A stretch of 64,000 nt of DNA. Source: Nemertoderma westbladi. Lineage: Eukaryota; Animalia; Xenacoelomorpha. Positions within the stretch are counted from its first letter, which is position 1, and each line of letters begins with the position of its first letter. The position numbers and the translations under genes are program-made. The stretch is from the NCBI GenBank assembly GCA_032718475.1, contig JAUCBJ010001846.1, forward strand, positions 537,588-601,587. Direction: 5' to 3'. Below the pieces are notes generated by a model. That model made no database searches. It was not told the origin of the DNA and saw nothing but the letters and a program-made list of their open reading frames with translations. Of the stretch, positions 1 to 11,039 are shown piece by piece.

Positions 1-351
1 GTCCAGTATTTTTTGGCGTTTAGCGCCGTGGTTTTTTAGGGTATAGTCGATCAGTTGTTCGGTTTCATCTCGCGGGATGAGCACATCAGTTGTGATGCTC
101 AGTGTAAGGTTAAAGAAATCAGCTTTTTGGGTGAGGTACTCAAGGGGTGTGTGCTTAGATCGTTTGTTGATTAATTGCTTAAATGTAGTCCATTGTGTGG
201 TGCTAAGTGTTTGTTCGGGGTAAGCCAACAGTTGCGCAGTTGTTTTGTTTGCTATATGGGCAAGTAATGTGTGGGCATCTTGGGTGGAATTTAAAAGGTG
301 ATTAAGTGTTTGTTGGCCGTACTCGATGGCTTGGTTATAGGGTGTCGTCAT
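1..351 (-). CDS. prmC: Release factor glutamine methyltransferase, N-terminal part (runs off the window)
   Basis: Manual translation from ATG at 351 gives MTTPYNQAIEYG...PLEYL...VLIPRDETEQLID...KILD; lies directly downstream of prfA. Confidence 0.9.
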   Translation of the reverse strand, partial: MTTPYNQAIEYGQQTLNHLLNSTQDAHTLLAHIANKTTAQLLAYPEQTLSTTQWTTFKQLINKRSKHTPLEYLTQKADFFNLTLSITTDVLIPRDETEQLIDYTLKNHGAKRQKILD

Positions 352-1435
352 TTTTAAGGTCGGCCAGTTTTTGGAGTTTTTCTTCTTTCATTAAAGGAAT
401 CAACAGTATGTCAAGATCGCCTTCAAGCACGGCGTTTAGTTGGTGTAGGGTGAGTTTAATGCGATGATCCGTGATTCGAGATTGAGGAAAGTTATAGGTT
501 CTAATTTTTTCAGACCGATCTCCACTGCCCACTAGTTTTTTGCGAGATAGGTCATGGGAGGCTTTAATTGCGCGTTGGCGATTGTCCATGATTTTACTGC
601 TTAAAAGGGATAGGGCTTTGGCTTTGTTTTTGTGTTGGGAGCGCTCCTCTTGGCATTCAACCACAATGTTTTCAGGTAGGTAGGTGATACGAACAGCGGA
701 ATCGGTTTTGTTGATATGCTGCCCGCCTGCACCACTTGCACGAAAGGTGTCAACGCGGATGTCTTTAGTGTCAATCTCAACAGATTCGGCAGTTTCCATC
801 TCAGGTAGTACCGCCACAGTACAGGCTGATGTGTGCACGCGGCCTTGGGATTCAGTGGTGGGGATGCGCTGAACTCGATGGGTGCCCGATTCAAATTTGA
901 GTTTGGAGTAGACTTGATTTCCTTCAATGTTGATGACCGCAATTTTATAGCCGTTTTGGTCAGAGGTTTGGGTATTAACAATATGTGTTTGCCATTTTTG
1001 GATGTCGCAGTAGCGAATGTACATTCGCATGAGGTCTGCCACAAATAAAGCAGCTTCCTCACCCCCTGTGCCTGCACGTATTTCTAAAAATACGTTGCGT
1101 TCATCATCGGGGTCTTTGGGTAACAGCAGTAGGTTGAGTTGGTTTTCTTGGTCTTTTAAGGTGGTTTGAAGGTGCTTAATTTCATCTTCAAAGAGTGTCT
1201 GAAGTTCGCCGTCGGTTTCGCTTATCAGCGAGGTTTGGGTTTGATGAAGTTCTTGTTGTGTGCTTTGGTAGTTTTGGTAGTGGTTGATGATGGGTTTAAT
1301 TTTAGCCAGCTCTTTGGCTAGTTTTTGAAATTGTGCTTGATTATCAAGTGCGTCTTGTTGGCTAAGTAGGTGGTTTATTTCTTCTTGTCGTTCTGCTAGG
1401 TGGTCTAGTTTGACAAGTAGTGAGGGGGGGATCAT
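335..1435 (-). CDS. prfA: Peptide chain release factor 1
   Basis: GGQ motif (GAGGQHINKTDSAVR), PTT tripeptide, hemA-prfA-prmC order. Confidence 0.98.
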   Translation of the reverse strand: MIPPSLLVKLDHLAERQEEINHLLSQQDALDNQAQFQKLAKELAKIKPIINHYQNYQSTQQELHQTQTSLISETDGELQTLFEDEIKHLQTTLKDQENQLNLLLLPKDPDDERNVFLEIRAGTGGEEAALFVADLMRMYIRYCDIQKWQTHIVNTQTSDQNGYKIAVINIEGNQVYSKLKFESGTHRVQRIPTTESQGRVHTSACTVAVLPEMETAESVEIDTKDIRVDTFRASGAGGQHINKTDSAVRITYLPENIVVECQEERSQHKNKAKALSLLSSKIMDNRQRAIKASHDLSRKKLVGSGDRSEKIRTYNFPQSRITDHRIKLTLHQLNAVLEGDLDILLIPLMKEEKLQKLADLKNDDTL

Positions 1436-1456
1436 AAGCGGGTAAAGGTGTTTGTT

Positions 1457-2677
1457 TTATTTGGATGATTTATTAAGTAGCATGAGTGTTTTTTTATCGT
1501 CATCTTGGCCGGGGCAGTAATTGAAATATTTTAATGTGGGGTGCATAAGCTGTTGGGTGAGTTTTTTAACAGTTTGACGCAGAATGTGTTCAGGTGTTTG
1601 GTTGTTTTTAAGTTGTGTGAGTGCTTCGTCAAGGATGTTTTGTTTGATGTGTTGGCATTGGGTTTGGTAGTGGTCAAGCAAGGGTTTGAATTGGGTGGAT
1701 TCAAGCCATTTCATGTAGTCTTTGGTGTGGTGTTGGATGATATTTTCTGCTTGGTTGAGTGCTTTTTGTTGTGCTAGGTGGGGGTGCTTGGCAGCCACTT
1801 GCAGGCGGTCAATATTAATAACGGTTTTGTTGGGGTTTTCAATGATGGTGGGGTTAACATTTCGAGGAATCGCTAAGTCGATCATCAATTGCTGAGTGTG
1901 GGGGGCAAGCATTTCGGGTTGGATGATGGGTTCAAAGGCGCTTGTGGCTGAGAATATAGTGGAGGTGTTTTTGATCAGTTGATATCGATCTGACCATGGC
2001 ATGGGCGTTAATTGATATTCGCCAGCAACTTGTTTGGCGTTATCATCCGAGCGATTAATAATGATAATTTGTTGGGTATTGAGTTTACTTAGGTGTAGGG
2101 CGATGTTTTTGGTGGTATCCCCCGCGCCGATCAGTAAAATAGGTTGCTCGCCTAAATCACTTTTATGTTTTTTTGCCCAGCTAACGGCAATGGAAGCGAC
2201 GGATGTTTTTTTAGACCCAATGGGTGTTTTTGATCGTACTTGTTTAGATACATGAAAGCTTTTTTGGATGAGTTTGTGTAAGTATTTTTTAATGCTTTCT
2301 GCTTGCTGGTGCAGTTGATATATTTCTTTGCATTGGCTAAGGATTTGTGTTTCACCCAATACCATCGAATCAATCCCGCAGATAACGCGAAAAAAATGTT
2401 TGATGGCTTCTTGATTGGTCATTTCATAAATGTAGTTGCGACTGACCCCTTTGGATTGAAGATATTCACTGACGTGCTGAAAAAATTTGTTATTATCACC
2501 AATGGCATAAAACTCTGTTCTGTTGCAGGTAGATATGACAAAATATTCGGTAATATTGTCAACTTCTTTAGAATAGTTTAAAAAAGTTAGTAAGTCTGTA
2601 TTGCCAAGTGATGCGCGTTCTCTGATTTCGATCGGTGCGGTTTTATAATTGATGCCGCTGGCGTAGATTGTGATCAT
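1457..2677 (-). CDS. hemA: Glutamyl-tRNA reductase
   Basis: STCNRTE catalytic motif, GIDSMVLGETQIL, GAGD nucleotide-binding motif. Confidence 0.97.
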   Translation of the reverse strand: MITIYASGINYKTAPIEIRERASLGNTDLLTFLNYSKEVDNITEYFVISTCNRTEFYAIGDNNKFFQHVSEYLQSKGVSRNYIYEMTNQEAIKHFFRVICGIDSMVLGETQILSQCKEIYQLHQQAESIKKYLHKLIQKSFHVSKQVRSKTPIGSKKTSVASIAVSWAKKHKSDLGEQPILLIGAGDTTKNIALHLSKLNTQQIIIINRSDDNAKQVAGEYQLTPMPWSDRYQLIKNTSTIFSATSAFEPIIQPEMLAPHTQQLMIDLAIPRNVNPTIIENPNKTVINIDRLQVAAKHPHLAQQKALNQAENIIQHHTKDYMKWLESTQFKPLLDHYQTQCQHIKQNILDEALTQLKNNQTPEHILRQTVKKLTQQLMHPTLKYFNYCPGQDDDKKTLMLLNKSSK

Positions 2678-2689
2678 GGGGCAAGCATA

Positions 2690-4369
2690 ATGAATGTAAA
2701 ATTAGCCATGTATTTTCAAAAACCAATTGTTAGTCTTTTTTGTTTGTCGGTATTTTACTGTACCTTGGCATTTGATGAAAAAAATAATTTGCCCAATTAT
2801 TTATATTTTAATTTGATAGAGACGCGCCTGGAGGCTTCGGCAATACATTACCTTAGGGATCATAATGGTTTATCAATTCAGTTGAATCAAGCAGCTTTTA
2901 GTCTTGATGCGCAAGGTATTAGTGTTTATTTGGATTTATTAATTCAATATAGTCGTCAGGGTAATAGTAAAAATGTTCAGTTTGCGCTTGAGTCGCTCGT
3001 TGCTCATTTTGTAGATCAGAATATGTCCGTTAAGCAACAAATTGCTGCCATAACACCGGTGATGAGCCATGTTTTTAGTACATTAAATAACCCACAGCTG
3101 TTGGGTTTATACAATGATTTTATGCGTCGTATTGATCGGTGGCGCTCATCGTCGATTGCAGTCGTGTATTTTTTACGTACCAGCTATCATATTGGTCGCT
3201 TAGATTTATTCAATTGGTCGTTTGAGAAAGTGTTGCAAAGTGATTATGCCTTGCTAGCCGCTGTTGATTATTTTGATTTATTTTTTTATCAGCGAAAAGA
3301 TGTTAAACATGCTTTGGCCTTCTTGCAAAAAAACTTGTATCAGTTTAGCACCCTGAACGCTGAGTTATTTTTAATTTATTTAGATGTCTTGCGTGCGGCG
3401 GCTAGATTGAATCAGGGTTTAACAACTGATCAGTTAGCATTTTTAACCCAATTGGTTAAACCAATAGCCAAAGAAGAGCCAACATTATGGGTTCATTTAA
3501 TTGAGTTTTATCATCAATTGGGCCAAGAAAAGTTGCAATTAAAAGCACTTCACATACTTAGTCGTGATGATAAATGGGCAGATTTTGCGTATGAGAAAAT
3601 TGCATCCTTTTATGAATATCAGGGTGATTATGAAGTTGCCCTCAATTATTATCAAAAGATTCAAAGCGAGCCTTATCTATTTGCAGCCAGACAAAAAATG
3701 TTGTTATTAAGGGATATTGATTTACTAACGCTCAGTGATCAAATTAATAACTTGCGGCTAATGTACCCCAAAAAAATAGCGGATCACTTTTTGTTTTTAA
3801 AAGCAATAGCCTTGCAGCGTTTGGGTCAAAGCTATACTGCACTCGATATATTGAATGGTTTATCTGAAGGACTTAGTAAGCGTCCTGATGTGTTGTTTTT
3901 AAAGGGTAAAGTGTACTTAGATTTACAAGAACAAAAAAAAGCCTGTCAGTTTTTACAACAGGCTGTTGATGCTGAAAAAGCGAGCCAGCGTCTTAATTTA
4001 TTGTATGAAAGTGCACTGGGTGAGTGTTTGTTGTTATTAGAACAAGTGGTATCGGCTAACACTCAACAATTAATTACGCAGGCATATCAAGCAAAACCAA
4101 CGAATGTCAATTACTTAACTAATTTTGCATGGCTTCGTTTTGTTCAAAACAATTACAATGAAGCCATTGATTTGCTTAAAAAGGCTAGGCAATATACCTA
4201 CAATGAGCACCAGCAAGTTAAGGTTAATGCACGCTTAGCAAAGGCGCTGTTTTATGTGGGTCAAAAAAAAGATGGCTATCTGGTTTTAAAAAAAGTTTAT
4301 GATAATTATCCGACCAATCGTCATTTGTTAGCGGTTATGAGGCAATTACAGGCTAGCTTTGATCAATAA
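2690..4369 (+). CDS. Tetratricopeptide-repeat protein, probably exported
   Basis: Helical TPR-like pattern, N-terminal hydrophobic stretch, conserved position divergent from hemA. Confidence 0.75.
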   Translation: MNVKLAMYFQKPIVSLFCLSVFYCTLAFDEKNNLPNYLYFNLIETRLEASAIHYLRDHNGLSIQLNQAAFSLDAQGISVYLDLLIQYSRQGNSKNVQFALESLVAHFVDQNMSVKQQIAAITPVMSHVFSTLNNPQLLGLYNDFMRRIDRWRSSSIAVVYFLRTSYHIGRLDLFNWSFEKVLQSDYALLAAVDYFDLFFYQRKDVKHALAFLQKNLYQFSTLNAELFLIYLDVLRAAARLNQGLTTDQLAFLTQLVKPIAKEEPTLWVHLIEFYHQLGQEKLQLKALHILSRDDKWADFAYEKIASFYEYQGDYEVALNYYQKIQSEPYLFAARQKMLLLRDIDLLTLSDQINNLRLMYPKKIADHFLFLKAIALQRLGQSYTALDILNGLSEGLSKRPDVLFLKGKVYLDLQEQKKACQFLQQAVDAEKASQRLNLLYESALGECLLLLEQVVSANTQQLITQAYQAKPTNVNYLTNFAWLRFVQNNYNEAIDLLKKARQYTYNEHQQVKVNARLAKALFYVGQKKDGYLVLKKVYDNYPTNRHLLAVMRQLQASFDQ

Positions 4370-4393
4370 ATATGTTCATCAAGTAATTTTAAC

Positions 4394-4467
4394 AGGCGTG
4401 TAGCTCAGCTGGTTAGAGTACCACCTTGACATGGTGGGGGTCACCGGTTCGAGTCCGGTCACGCCTA
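4394..4467 (+). tRNA. tRNA-Val(GAC), 3' CCA not encoded
   Basis: AGGCGTG/CACGCCT acceptor stem, anticodon arm CCACC-TTGACAT-GGTGG, GGTTCGAGTCC T-arm. Confidence 0.97.
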
Positions 4468-4474
4468 TATTTTT

Positions 4475-6397
4475 ATGTTTTCTGTCACTTTTAATAAAAA
4501 ATCTCAATCGTTTGACGGTTGTATTAGCGTTATTGAGGCCATGGTAAGTTTTGGTGATACACTACCGAAAAATCTGGTAGCGGCTCGACTTGATGGCAAA
4601 CTTTGTGACTTATCTGTCATGGTTGATCAGGATGCGTTATTGACACCTGTTTTATCAACCGATCCTGAAGGGCTTGAGATTATTCGACATTCCTTTGCTC
4701 ACTTATTTGGACATGCCCTCAAGCAATTATACCCTCGTGCACAAATGGCCATCGGCCCTGTGATTGATCATGGATTTTATTATGATTTTCACATTGATGG
4801 GTTGAGCTTATCGGATAAAGACCTTGATTTGATTGAGAAACGCATGACCAAGCTGGCCAAAAAAAACTACTCAGTTAAACGTATTGAAACCCCTATCAAT
4901 CAAGCCATTGAAATTTTTAAAGATCGAAGCGAACTCTATAAAGTACATTTGATTGAAGACATTATTAAAAATAATCCAGTCGTTGATTCAGTGGGTTTGT
5001 ATCATCACCAAGAGTATGTAGATATGTGTCGGGGCCCCCATGTGCCCAACACGCGCTTTTTGCATCATTTTGCACTACAAAAAGTTGCTGGCGCTTACTG
5101 GCGGGGTGATTCAAAAAATGAAATGTTGCAACGTGTTTATGGGGTAGCCTTTTTAGATGAGCAAGCGCTTCAAGATCACTTAACTTACCTAGAAGAAGCA
5201 GAAAAAAGGGATCATCGAAAACTTGCCAAACAAATGGATTTATTCCACATTCAAGAAGAAGCCCCTGGGAGTGTTTTTTGGCATCCCAATGGTACCTTTA
5301 TTTACCAAGCCATTGTGGCCTATATTCGATCGTTTCTGAAAGCATTCAACTATCAAGAGATACAAACCCCCTTTATGATGGATCGCTCACTGTGGGAAAA
5401 ATCAGGCCATTGGGATAAGTTTTCAGAGATGATCTTTTCTGTCCATTCCGATCACCGTGAATATGCCATCAAGCCCATGAATTGCCCAGGGCATGTTCAA
5501 ATATTTAACCAAAACTTACACAGCTATCGTGATTTACCCATTCGATTAGCTGAGTTTGGGATTGTTCACCGTTATGAACCTTCAGGTACACTGCATGGGT
5601 TGATGCGGGTTCGCAGTTTTACACAAGATGATGCCCATGTTTTTTGCACAACGAAGCAGCTAGCGGCAGAGATTGATCAAATAATTGGGCATGTTTTTGA
5701 TGTGTATCGGGTGTTTGGGTTTAATGATATTGCAGTGAAGCTCTCCACCCGCCCAGAAAAACGCGTAGGGGCTGATAGCATATGGGACTTGTCCGAAAAA
5801 ATACTTGAAGACGTATTGAACGCTCGGTCAATTGACTGGGTGCTTCAAGCAGGTGAGGGGGCATTTTATGGACCAAAAATTGAATTTGTGCTAACAGACT
5901 GTTTGGATAGGTCATGGCAATGTGGTACGATTCAGCTTGATTTTTCAATGCCTGACCGTTTAGGTGCCCAATATATTGATAAAAATAGTAAAAAACAAGT
6001 ACCTGTGATGATTCATCGGGCTATTTTAGGTTCTTTGGAGCGTTTTATTGGTATTTTGCTAGAGCATTATGCGGGCGAACTACCCTTATGGCTAAGCCCT
6101 AAACAGGTAGCCGTACTTAATGTGACTGATCAGCACGTTGGTTATGCATCCAAAATGTCTGGCATGCTTGAATTAGCTGGTATTCGCGTGCTTCAAGACC
6201 AACGAAATGAAAAAATTGGCTACAAGTTACGTGAGGCTATTTTGAAAAAAATACCCTATTTGGCTGTATTAGGTGAGCGGGAGCAGGCCAGCAAAACAAT
6301 TAGTTTAAGAACACGCTCAGATAAAAATTTACAAGTATTTAACATTGGGCAATTAACTGAATTTTTGCAAAAACAAATTAAAACCAGTTATTTTTAA
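4475..6397 (+). CDS. thrS: Threonine--tRNA ligase
   Basis: HSFAH editing motif, [16 protein letters not shown]; thrS-infC-rpmI-rplT order. Confidence 0.99.
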   Translation: MFSVTFNKKSQSFDGCISVIEAMVSFGDTLPKNLVAARLDGKLCDLSVMVDQDALLTPVLSTDPEGLEIIRHSFAHLFGHALKQLYPRAQMAIGPVIDHGFYYDFHIDGLSLSDKDLDLIEKRMTKLAKKNYSVKRIETPINQAIEIFKDRSELYKVHLIEDIIKNNPVVDSVGLYHHQEYVDMCRGPHVPNTRFLHHFALQKVAGAYWRGDSKNEMLQRVYGVAFLDEQALQDHLTYLEEAEKRDHRKLAKQMDLFHIQEEAPGSVFWHPNGTFIYQAIVAYIRSFLKAFNYQEIQTPFMMDRSLWEKSGHWDKFSEMIFSVHSDHREYAIKPMNCPGHVQIFNQNLHSYRDLPIRLAEFGIVHRYEPSGTLHGLMRVRSFTQDDAHVFCTTKQLAAEIDQIIGHVFDVYRVFGFNDIAVKLSTRPEKRVGADSIWDLSEKILEDVLNARSIDWVLQAGEGAFYGPKIEFVLTDCLDRSWQCGTIQLDFSMPDRLGAQYIDKNSKKQVPVMIHRAILGSLERFIGILLEHYAGELPLWLSPKQVAVLNVTDQHVGYASKMSGMLELAGIRVLQDQRNEKIGYKLREAILKKIPYLAVLGEREQASKTISLRTRSDKNLQVFNIGQLTEFLQKQIKTSYF

Positions 6398-6432
6398 CGA
6401 TTTATTTTAAAAGGAGCATTGATAGTTTATTT

Positions 6433-6978
6433 ATGGGACGACAATATCACAACCAAAGAAGAAAAGAAGATTTTATTGTTGCCAATCATTACGTTGAAGC
6501 ACAAAATATTCGTTTGATTGATCAGCACAATAACCAACTAGGTGTTGTTTCAAAAGACCGAGCCATTGAACTTGCAAAAGATGCCCATTTAGACCTTGTA
6601 CAACTTTCAGTACAAAATGATATTGCAGTTTGTCGCATTGTTGATTTAGGGAAATTTCGGTATGAAAAAAAGCGCAAAGAACAGCAATCGAAGAAAAAAC
6701 AAAAGACTGTTCAAATGAAGGGCATTAATTTTAGAATCAATATTGAGGACAGTGACTATGCAAGAAAAAAGCATAATATTGTGCAGTTTCTTGAAAGTGG
6801 TGATCATGTGAAAGTGATGGTGCGTTTTTTTGGCCGAGAAAACATTTACCCTGAAGTTGGGATTAACTTAATGAAAAAATTAATTCAGGACCTAGAAAAT
6901 GTTTCAAGCCATAAAGGGGATTTAAAAAAACAAGGCAATAGCATCACTGTTATTTTCATGCCTAAATTGGCCAGTTAA
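6433..6978 (+). CDS. infC: Translation initiation factor IF-3
   Basis: IRLID...LDLV...VCRIVDLGKFRYE; operon position. Confidence 0.95.
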   Translation: MGRQYHNQRRKEDFIVANHYVEAQNIRLIDQHNNQLGVVSKDRAIELAKDAHLDLVQLSVQNDIAVCRIVDLGKFRYEKKRKEQQSKKKQKTVQMKGINFRINIEDSDYARKKHNIVQFLESGDHVKVMVRFFGRENIYPEVGINLMKKLIQDLENVSSHKGDLKKQGNSITVIFMPKLAS

Positions 6979-7040
6979 TATTTGCTTGATTGCCAGAGAA
7001 TGTGTAATATACAACCTTTAAAATTATAAACCTGACCGCC

Positions 7041-7229
7041 ATGCCTAAAATGAAATCACACAGCGGCGCTGCCAAACGTTTTAGCCTAAAAAGTTCTGGA
7101 AAAATTAAGCGAGGCTTTGCTTTTCGTAGCCATATATTGACCAAAATGAGCACCAAAAGAAAACGGGGGCTTCGCTCGCCTGGTTATATGTCTCCCGCTG
7201 ATGCCAAAGTGATTCGAAAAATTCTTTAA
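7041..7229 (+). CDS. rpmI: 50S ribosomal protein L35
   Basis: [14 protein letters not shown] signature. Confidence 0.98.
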   Translation: MPKMKSHSGAAKRFSLKSSGKIKRGFAFRSHILTKMSTKRKRGLRSPGYMSPADAKVIRKIL

Positions 7230-7244
7230 AAGTAGGTACAGATT

Positions 7245-7604
7245 ATGGCAAGAATTAAACGAGGGGTGATAAAGCGTCGCTCACATAAAAAAATATTAAA
7301 ACTGGCCAAAGGTTATTATGGTGCACGCTCTAGAACCTTTAAAGTTGCCAAACAAGCCGTTATTAAAGCGCATCAGTATGCTTACCGTGATCGGCGGCAG
7401 AGAAAAAGAGAGTTTCGCAGGCTTTGGATTGTTCGCATTGGTGCAGCGGCTCAGCTACATGGCTTAAATTATAGTCGGTTTATTCGGGGTATTCATTTGG
7501 CCAATATTGAAATTGACCGAAAAATGTTGGCAGAACTTGCTGTAAACAGTCCCTCAGCTTTTAAAAAGGTTGCAGACCTTGCCGAGCAAGCACTGGCTGC
7601 TTAG
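7245..7604 (+). CDS. rplT: 50S ribosomal protein L20
   Basis: MARIKRG...[10 protein letters not shown]...FRRLWI. Confidence 0.99.
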   Translation: MARIKRGVIKRRSHKKILKLAKGYYGARSRTFKVAKQAVIKAHQYAYRDRRQRKREFRRLWIVRIGAAAQLHGLNYSRFIRGIHLANIEIDRKMLAELAVNSPSAFKKVADLAEQALAA

Positions 7605-7609
7605 CGTCA

Positions 7610-8650
7610 ATGAATCAGTCACTTGGTGACATTGAGACCTTAAAGTCCCAAGCCTTAGCGGCTATTTCAGATGCTCGTAGTTTGGATGAGCTAGAAGCTT
7701 GTCGTATTCAATTTTTGGGCAAAAATAGTCTGCTTGTGCAAGCCTTGCGAACCGTGGGGCAGCTGGACGTCGCACAAAGAAAAAAAGCAGGGCAGTCGCT
7801 AAATGTTGCTAAAGCAGCGGTGAAACAGTGTATTGAGCAAAAAAAACAGGTTTTATTTGAATCAAGCTCAGGTGGGTTGATTCAGTCGGTAGATGTCACC
7901 ATGCCGGGTCGGTTTTTTCATCAAGGTAGCTGGCACCCCGTATATTTAACCTTAAAGCGAATCGAACATATTTTATCAAACTTAGGCTTTTCATCTGTTT
8001 TTGGGCCTGAAATTGAAAATGATTACTACAATTTTCAGGCACTGAATATCCCAGCGCACCACCCTGCACGTGCGATGCATGATACCTTTTATTTTTCAAA
8101 ATCCTTACTCCTTAGAACTCATACCTCTCCAGTGCAAGTACATGTCATGGAAAGCCACAAGCCCCCTTTTGCTATTTTGGCTAGTGGTAAAGTGTATCGA
8201 TGTGATTCAGACCTAACCCATACCCCCATGTTTCATCAGGTTGAAGGCTTGTTGGTGGATAAAACCATCAATTTTGCACAACTTAAAGGCTTGTTGGTCA
8301 ATTTTTTACAATTGTTTTTTGAAAAACCGCTGCCTGTGCGTTTCAGGGCGAGCTATTTTCCGTTTACCGAACCCTCAGCTGAGGTCGATATTGGTTGTGT
8401 TCAATGCCAAGGTGAGGGCTGTCGGGTATGCAAACGAACCGGTTGGTTAGAGGTACTGGGTTGTGGCATGGTGAATCATAAAGTGCTTTCAATGTCGGGC
8501 ATTGACCCAGATGTGTATCAGGGCATTGCATTTGGTGCAGGGGTTGAGCGCTTGGCCATGCTTCGCTATGGCATTGGGGATTTGCGTCTGTTTTTCGAGA
8601 ATGACAGTCGTTTTTTAAAACAATTCGCTGGGGTAAGTTTGGGCGCATGA
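7610..8650 (+). CDS. pheS: Phenylalanine--tRNA ligase alpha subunit
   Basis: HPARAMHDTF, LLRTHTSPVQ, YFPFTEPS. Confidence 0.99.
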   Translation: MNQSLGDIETLKSQALAAISDARSLDELEACRIQFLGKNSLLVQALRTVGQLDVAQRKKAGQSLNVAKAAVKQCIEQKKQVLFESSSGGLIQSVDVTMPGRFFHQGSWHPVYLTLKRIEHILSNLGFSSVFGPEIENDYYNFQALNIPAHHPARAMHDTFYFSKSLLLRTHTSPVQVHVMESHKPPFAILASGKVYRCDSDLTHTPMFHQVEGLLVDKTINFAQLKGLLVNFLQLFFEKPLPVRFRASYFPFTEPSAEVDIGCVQCQGEGCRVCKRTGWLEVLGCGMVNHKVLSMSGIDPDVYQGIAFGAGVERLAMLRYGIGDLRLFFENDSRFLKQFAGVSLGA

Positions 8651-11037
8651 AGTTATCTTTAAAGCGTTTAGCGCGTTATTTGCCATTTGATTGGAACAAG
8701 GGTGTTTTAACCACGGCTGGGCTTGAAATTGATGAAGTCATTAAAAACAAGGCTAAATTTTCGCAGGTTGTAGTAGGACAGGTGGTTGATATTAGCCCAC
8801 ATCCCAATGCGGATCGTTTGCAGTGTTGTGTGGTTGATAGTGGGGATCAAAAACTTGAAATTGTCTGTGGTGCAAGCAATGTAAAGGTGGGGTGTTATTA
8901 CCCGGTTGCTAAAGTGGGGGCAGTATTGCCCGGTGATTTTAAAATTAAAAAATCAAAAATACGGGGCGAAGCCTCTTTTGGAATGTTGTGTTCAGCAGCT
9001 GAGTTAGGGATTGATTTAGGGTTAGGGGGTATTTGGGATATCACCAAAATAAGCACAACCCTTGGAAAGCCGTTTGAGTTGGTCGTTGATTTATCTGATG
9101 AGATTTATGTGTTTGACTTAACCCCTAATCGAGGGGATTGCTTGAGTTATTTGGGTATGGTACGCGAGATTGGTGCCTTGTATGATAAACCTTACCATTT
9201 TGATGCATTTGATCATGCAGTTGATATTGATTCCTTACCTGAAACTGATATCAGTTTAGCTATTCAAGTGCCTGAAGTATGTCCCCATTATGTGGGGGTG
9301 TTGATTGAGCAGGTGAACAATACAATCGATACACCCTTTGAAATTGCCCATATTTTGCACCAATCAGGCTTTCGTGTCACCAATAACCCCGTTGCTGATA
9401 TTACCAATTATGTAATGCTTTTATGCGGGCAGCCCCTTCATGCATTTGATCAAGCCCATATGGGTGATCAATTGTGCATACGTTATGCCAAAAAAGGTGA
9501 GAAACTTGAGTTGTTGAATAATCAATCTATTGACTTACAAACCCATAGTTTGTTGATTGTAGGCGATGATCAGCCGATTGCCTTAGCAGGGGTAATGGGG
9601 GGGCATTCCACAGCTGTTAATAAATCCACACGCTCTATTTGGCTAGAAAGTGCTTTTTTTTCACCCCAGGTGATTGCAGTTCAGGCCAGACGTTATGGGG
9701 TGAAAAGTGATGCGGCCCATCGTTTTGAGCGGGGGGTTGATTTTATGTTACAAAAAAAAGCGGCGGCTTTAACAATCAAGCTAATAACGACATTTTGTGG
9801 AGGCAAGGCATGTGCTAAACGCATTGTGTGTGATTCATCTGTTTTGCCTAAGCGTGTGGCAGTTGAATTATCAATCGATCGGATGAATCGGCTGTTGGGT
9901 ACACAGCTTGATGCTGAAAAAGTTACCTCAATTTTGAAGCGTTTTGGTATGGAGGTAGCAGATAATGCTTATCAAAATTTGTTGGTTAAGCCGCCATCTT
10001 TTCGTTTTGATATCAATTCATTGGGTGATCTGGCCGAGGAGGTGGCCCGTGTAATTGGGTATGATCAAATTCAAACCCAATCGATGATTTTGCATTCAGA
10101 TTATCGATTGAATCACGATTTTTCTCGCCCCTTGGCAGATGTTTTGGGTGAGGTGTTGGTTCACGCTGGGTATCAGCAGTGTATTAATTATAGTTTTATT
10201 AGCCCCAAGATACATCAGCTGTTTTTTGAAGGTATCAAGCCTATCAGGCTTTTAAATCCGATTAGTATGGAGCAATCGGTCATGCGCACGTCGCTGTTGC
10301 CCAGTTTGTTGGCAAATGTTGGGTATAATTTAAATCGCCAGCAGCATGATTGTCGTTTTTATGAGATGGGGTGCTGTTTTTCTCAAAAAAATGGCCAGCA
10401 AGGCATTGAGGAGTCTCAAAAAATGGCGGGTGTTTTGTTGGCCGAGATAAGCCCAGCGAAAGCTCATTGGTTGAAACAATCTATCGTTGATTTTTTCACA
10501 TTAAAGGGTTATTTGTGTGCTTTGTTTAACCAAGTTAGTCAACCGATTGTTTTTGAACCTGTAGCACACAACTGGTTGGTTGCTGGACAATCGGCTCAGT
10601 TAATATTGAATGATCAGCCGTTGGGTTTTTGTGGTTTATTAAAGCAAAAGTATTTGAAGGGGTGTGATTTACATAAACAGGTTCGTGCTTGTTTTGTATT
10701 TGAGTTTGATTTTAAGCTGCTCAAAGCATATCAGCCATTTTTTAAACCGCTTTCAAAATTCCCCACTAATCGTCGAGATATATCGTTGCTGGTGGATCGC
10801 TTGGTATGTTTTGCTGATATGGTTCAAGCAATTGAGTCGGAATTGATTGATGTGCTTAAAGCGGTGCATTTGATTGATTGCTATGAGGATGACGCGTTGG
10901 GGGATAATTTGTTTGGCATGACCTTGAGTATTATTTTAGAAGCTGATAGAACATTAAAAACTTCTGAAATTGATGAGGTTGTTCAGAAAGTTGTGTTAAT
11001 ATTAGAAGATAAATTTAAGGTTAAACAACGCGTTTAG
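8647..11037 (+). CDS. pheT: Phenylalanine--tRNA ligase beta subunit
   Basis: HPNADRL, TPNRGDCLS, RFERGVD; 4-nt overlap with pheS. Confidence 0.98.
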   Translation: MKLSLKRLARYLPFDWNKGVLTTAGLEIDEVIKNKAKFSQVVVGQVVDISPHPNADRLQCCVVDSGDQKLEIVCGASNVKVGCYYPVAKVGAVLPGDFKIKKSKIRGEASFGMLCSAAELGIDLGLGGIWDITKISTTLGKPFELVVDLSDEIYVFDLTPNRGDCLSYLGMVREIGALYDKPYHFDAFDHAVDIDSLPETDISLAIQVPEVCPHYVGVLIEQVNNTIDTPFEIAHILHQSGFRVTNNPVADITNYVMLLCGQPLHAFDQAHMGDQLCIRYAKKGEKLELLNNQSIDLQTHSLLIVGDDQPIALAGVMGGHSTAVNKSTRSIWLESAFFSPQVIAVQARRYGVKSDAAHRFERGVDFMLQKKAAALTIKLITTFCGGKACAKRIVCDSSVLPKRVAVELSIDRMNRLLGTQLDAEKVTSILKRFGMEVADNAYQNLLVKPPSFRFDINSLGDLAEEVARVIGYDQIQTQSMILHSDYRLNHDFSRPLADVLGEVLVHAGYQQCINYSFISPKIHQLFFEGIKPIRLLNPISMEQSVMRTSLLPSLLANVGYNLNRQQHDCRFYEMGCCFSQKNGQQGIEESQKMAGVLLAEISPAKAHWLKQSIVDFFTLKGYLCALFNQVSQPIVFEPVAHNWLVAGQSAQLILNDQPLGFCGLLKQKYLKGCDLHKQVRACFVFEFDFKLLKAYQPFFKPLSKFPTNRRDISLLVDRLVCFADMVQAIESELIDVLKAVHLIDCYEDDALGDNLFGMTLSIILEADRTLKTSEIDEVVQKVVLILEDKFKVKQRV

Positions 11038-11039
11038 TT

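Noticed and set aside
601-1077. 158-aa ORF inside prfA, and the many other short overlapping ORFs in the track
   Set aside because: They are shadow frames of well-supported genes and show no recognisable motifs
6411-6435. In-frame ATT at 6418 as the non-canonical infC start
   Set aside because: It lies only 1 nt after AAGGAG, too close for initiation; the start cannot be resolved, so ATG 6433 was kept
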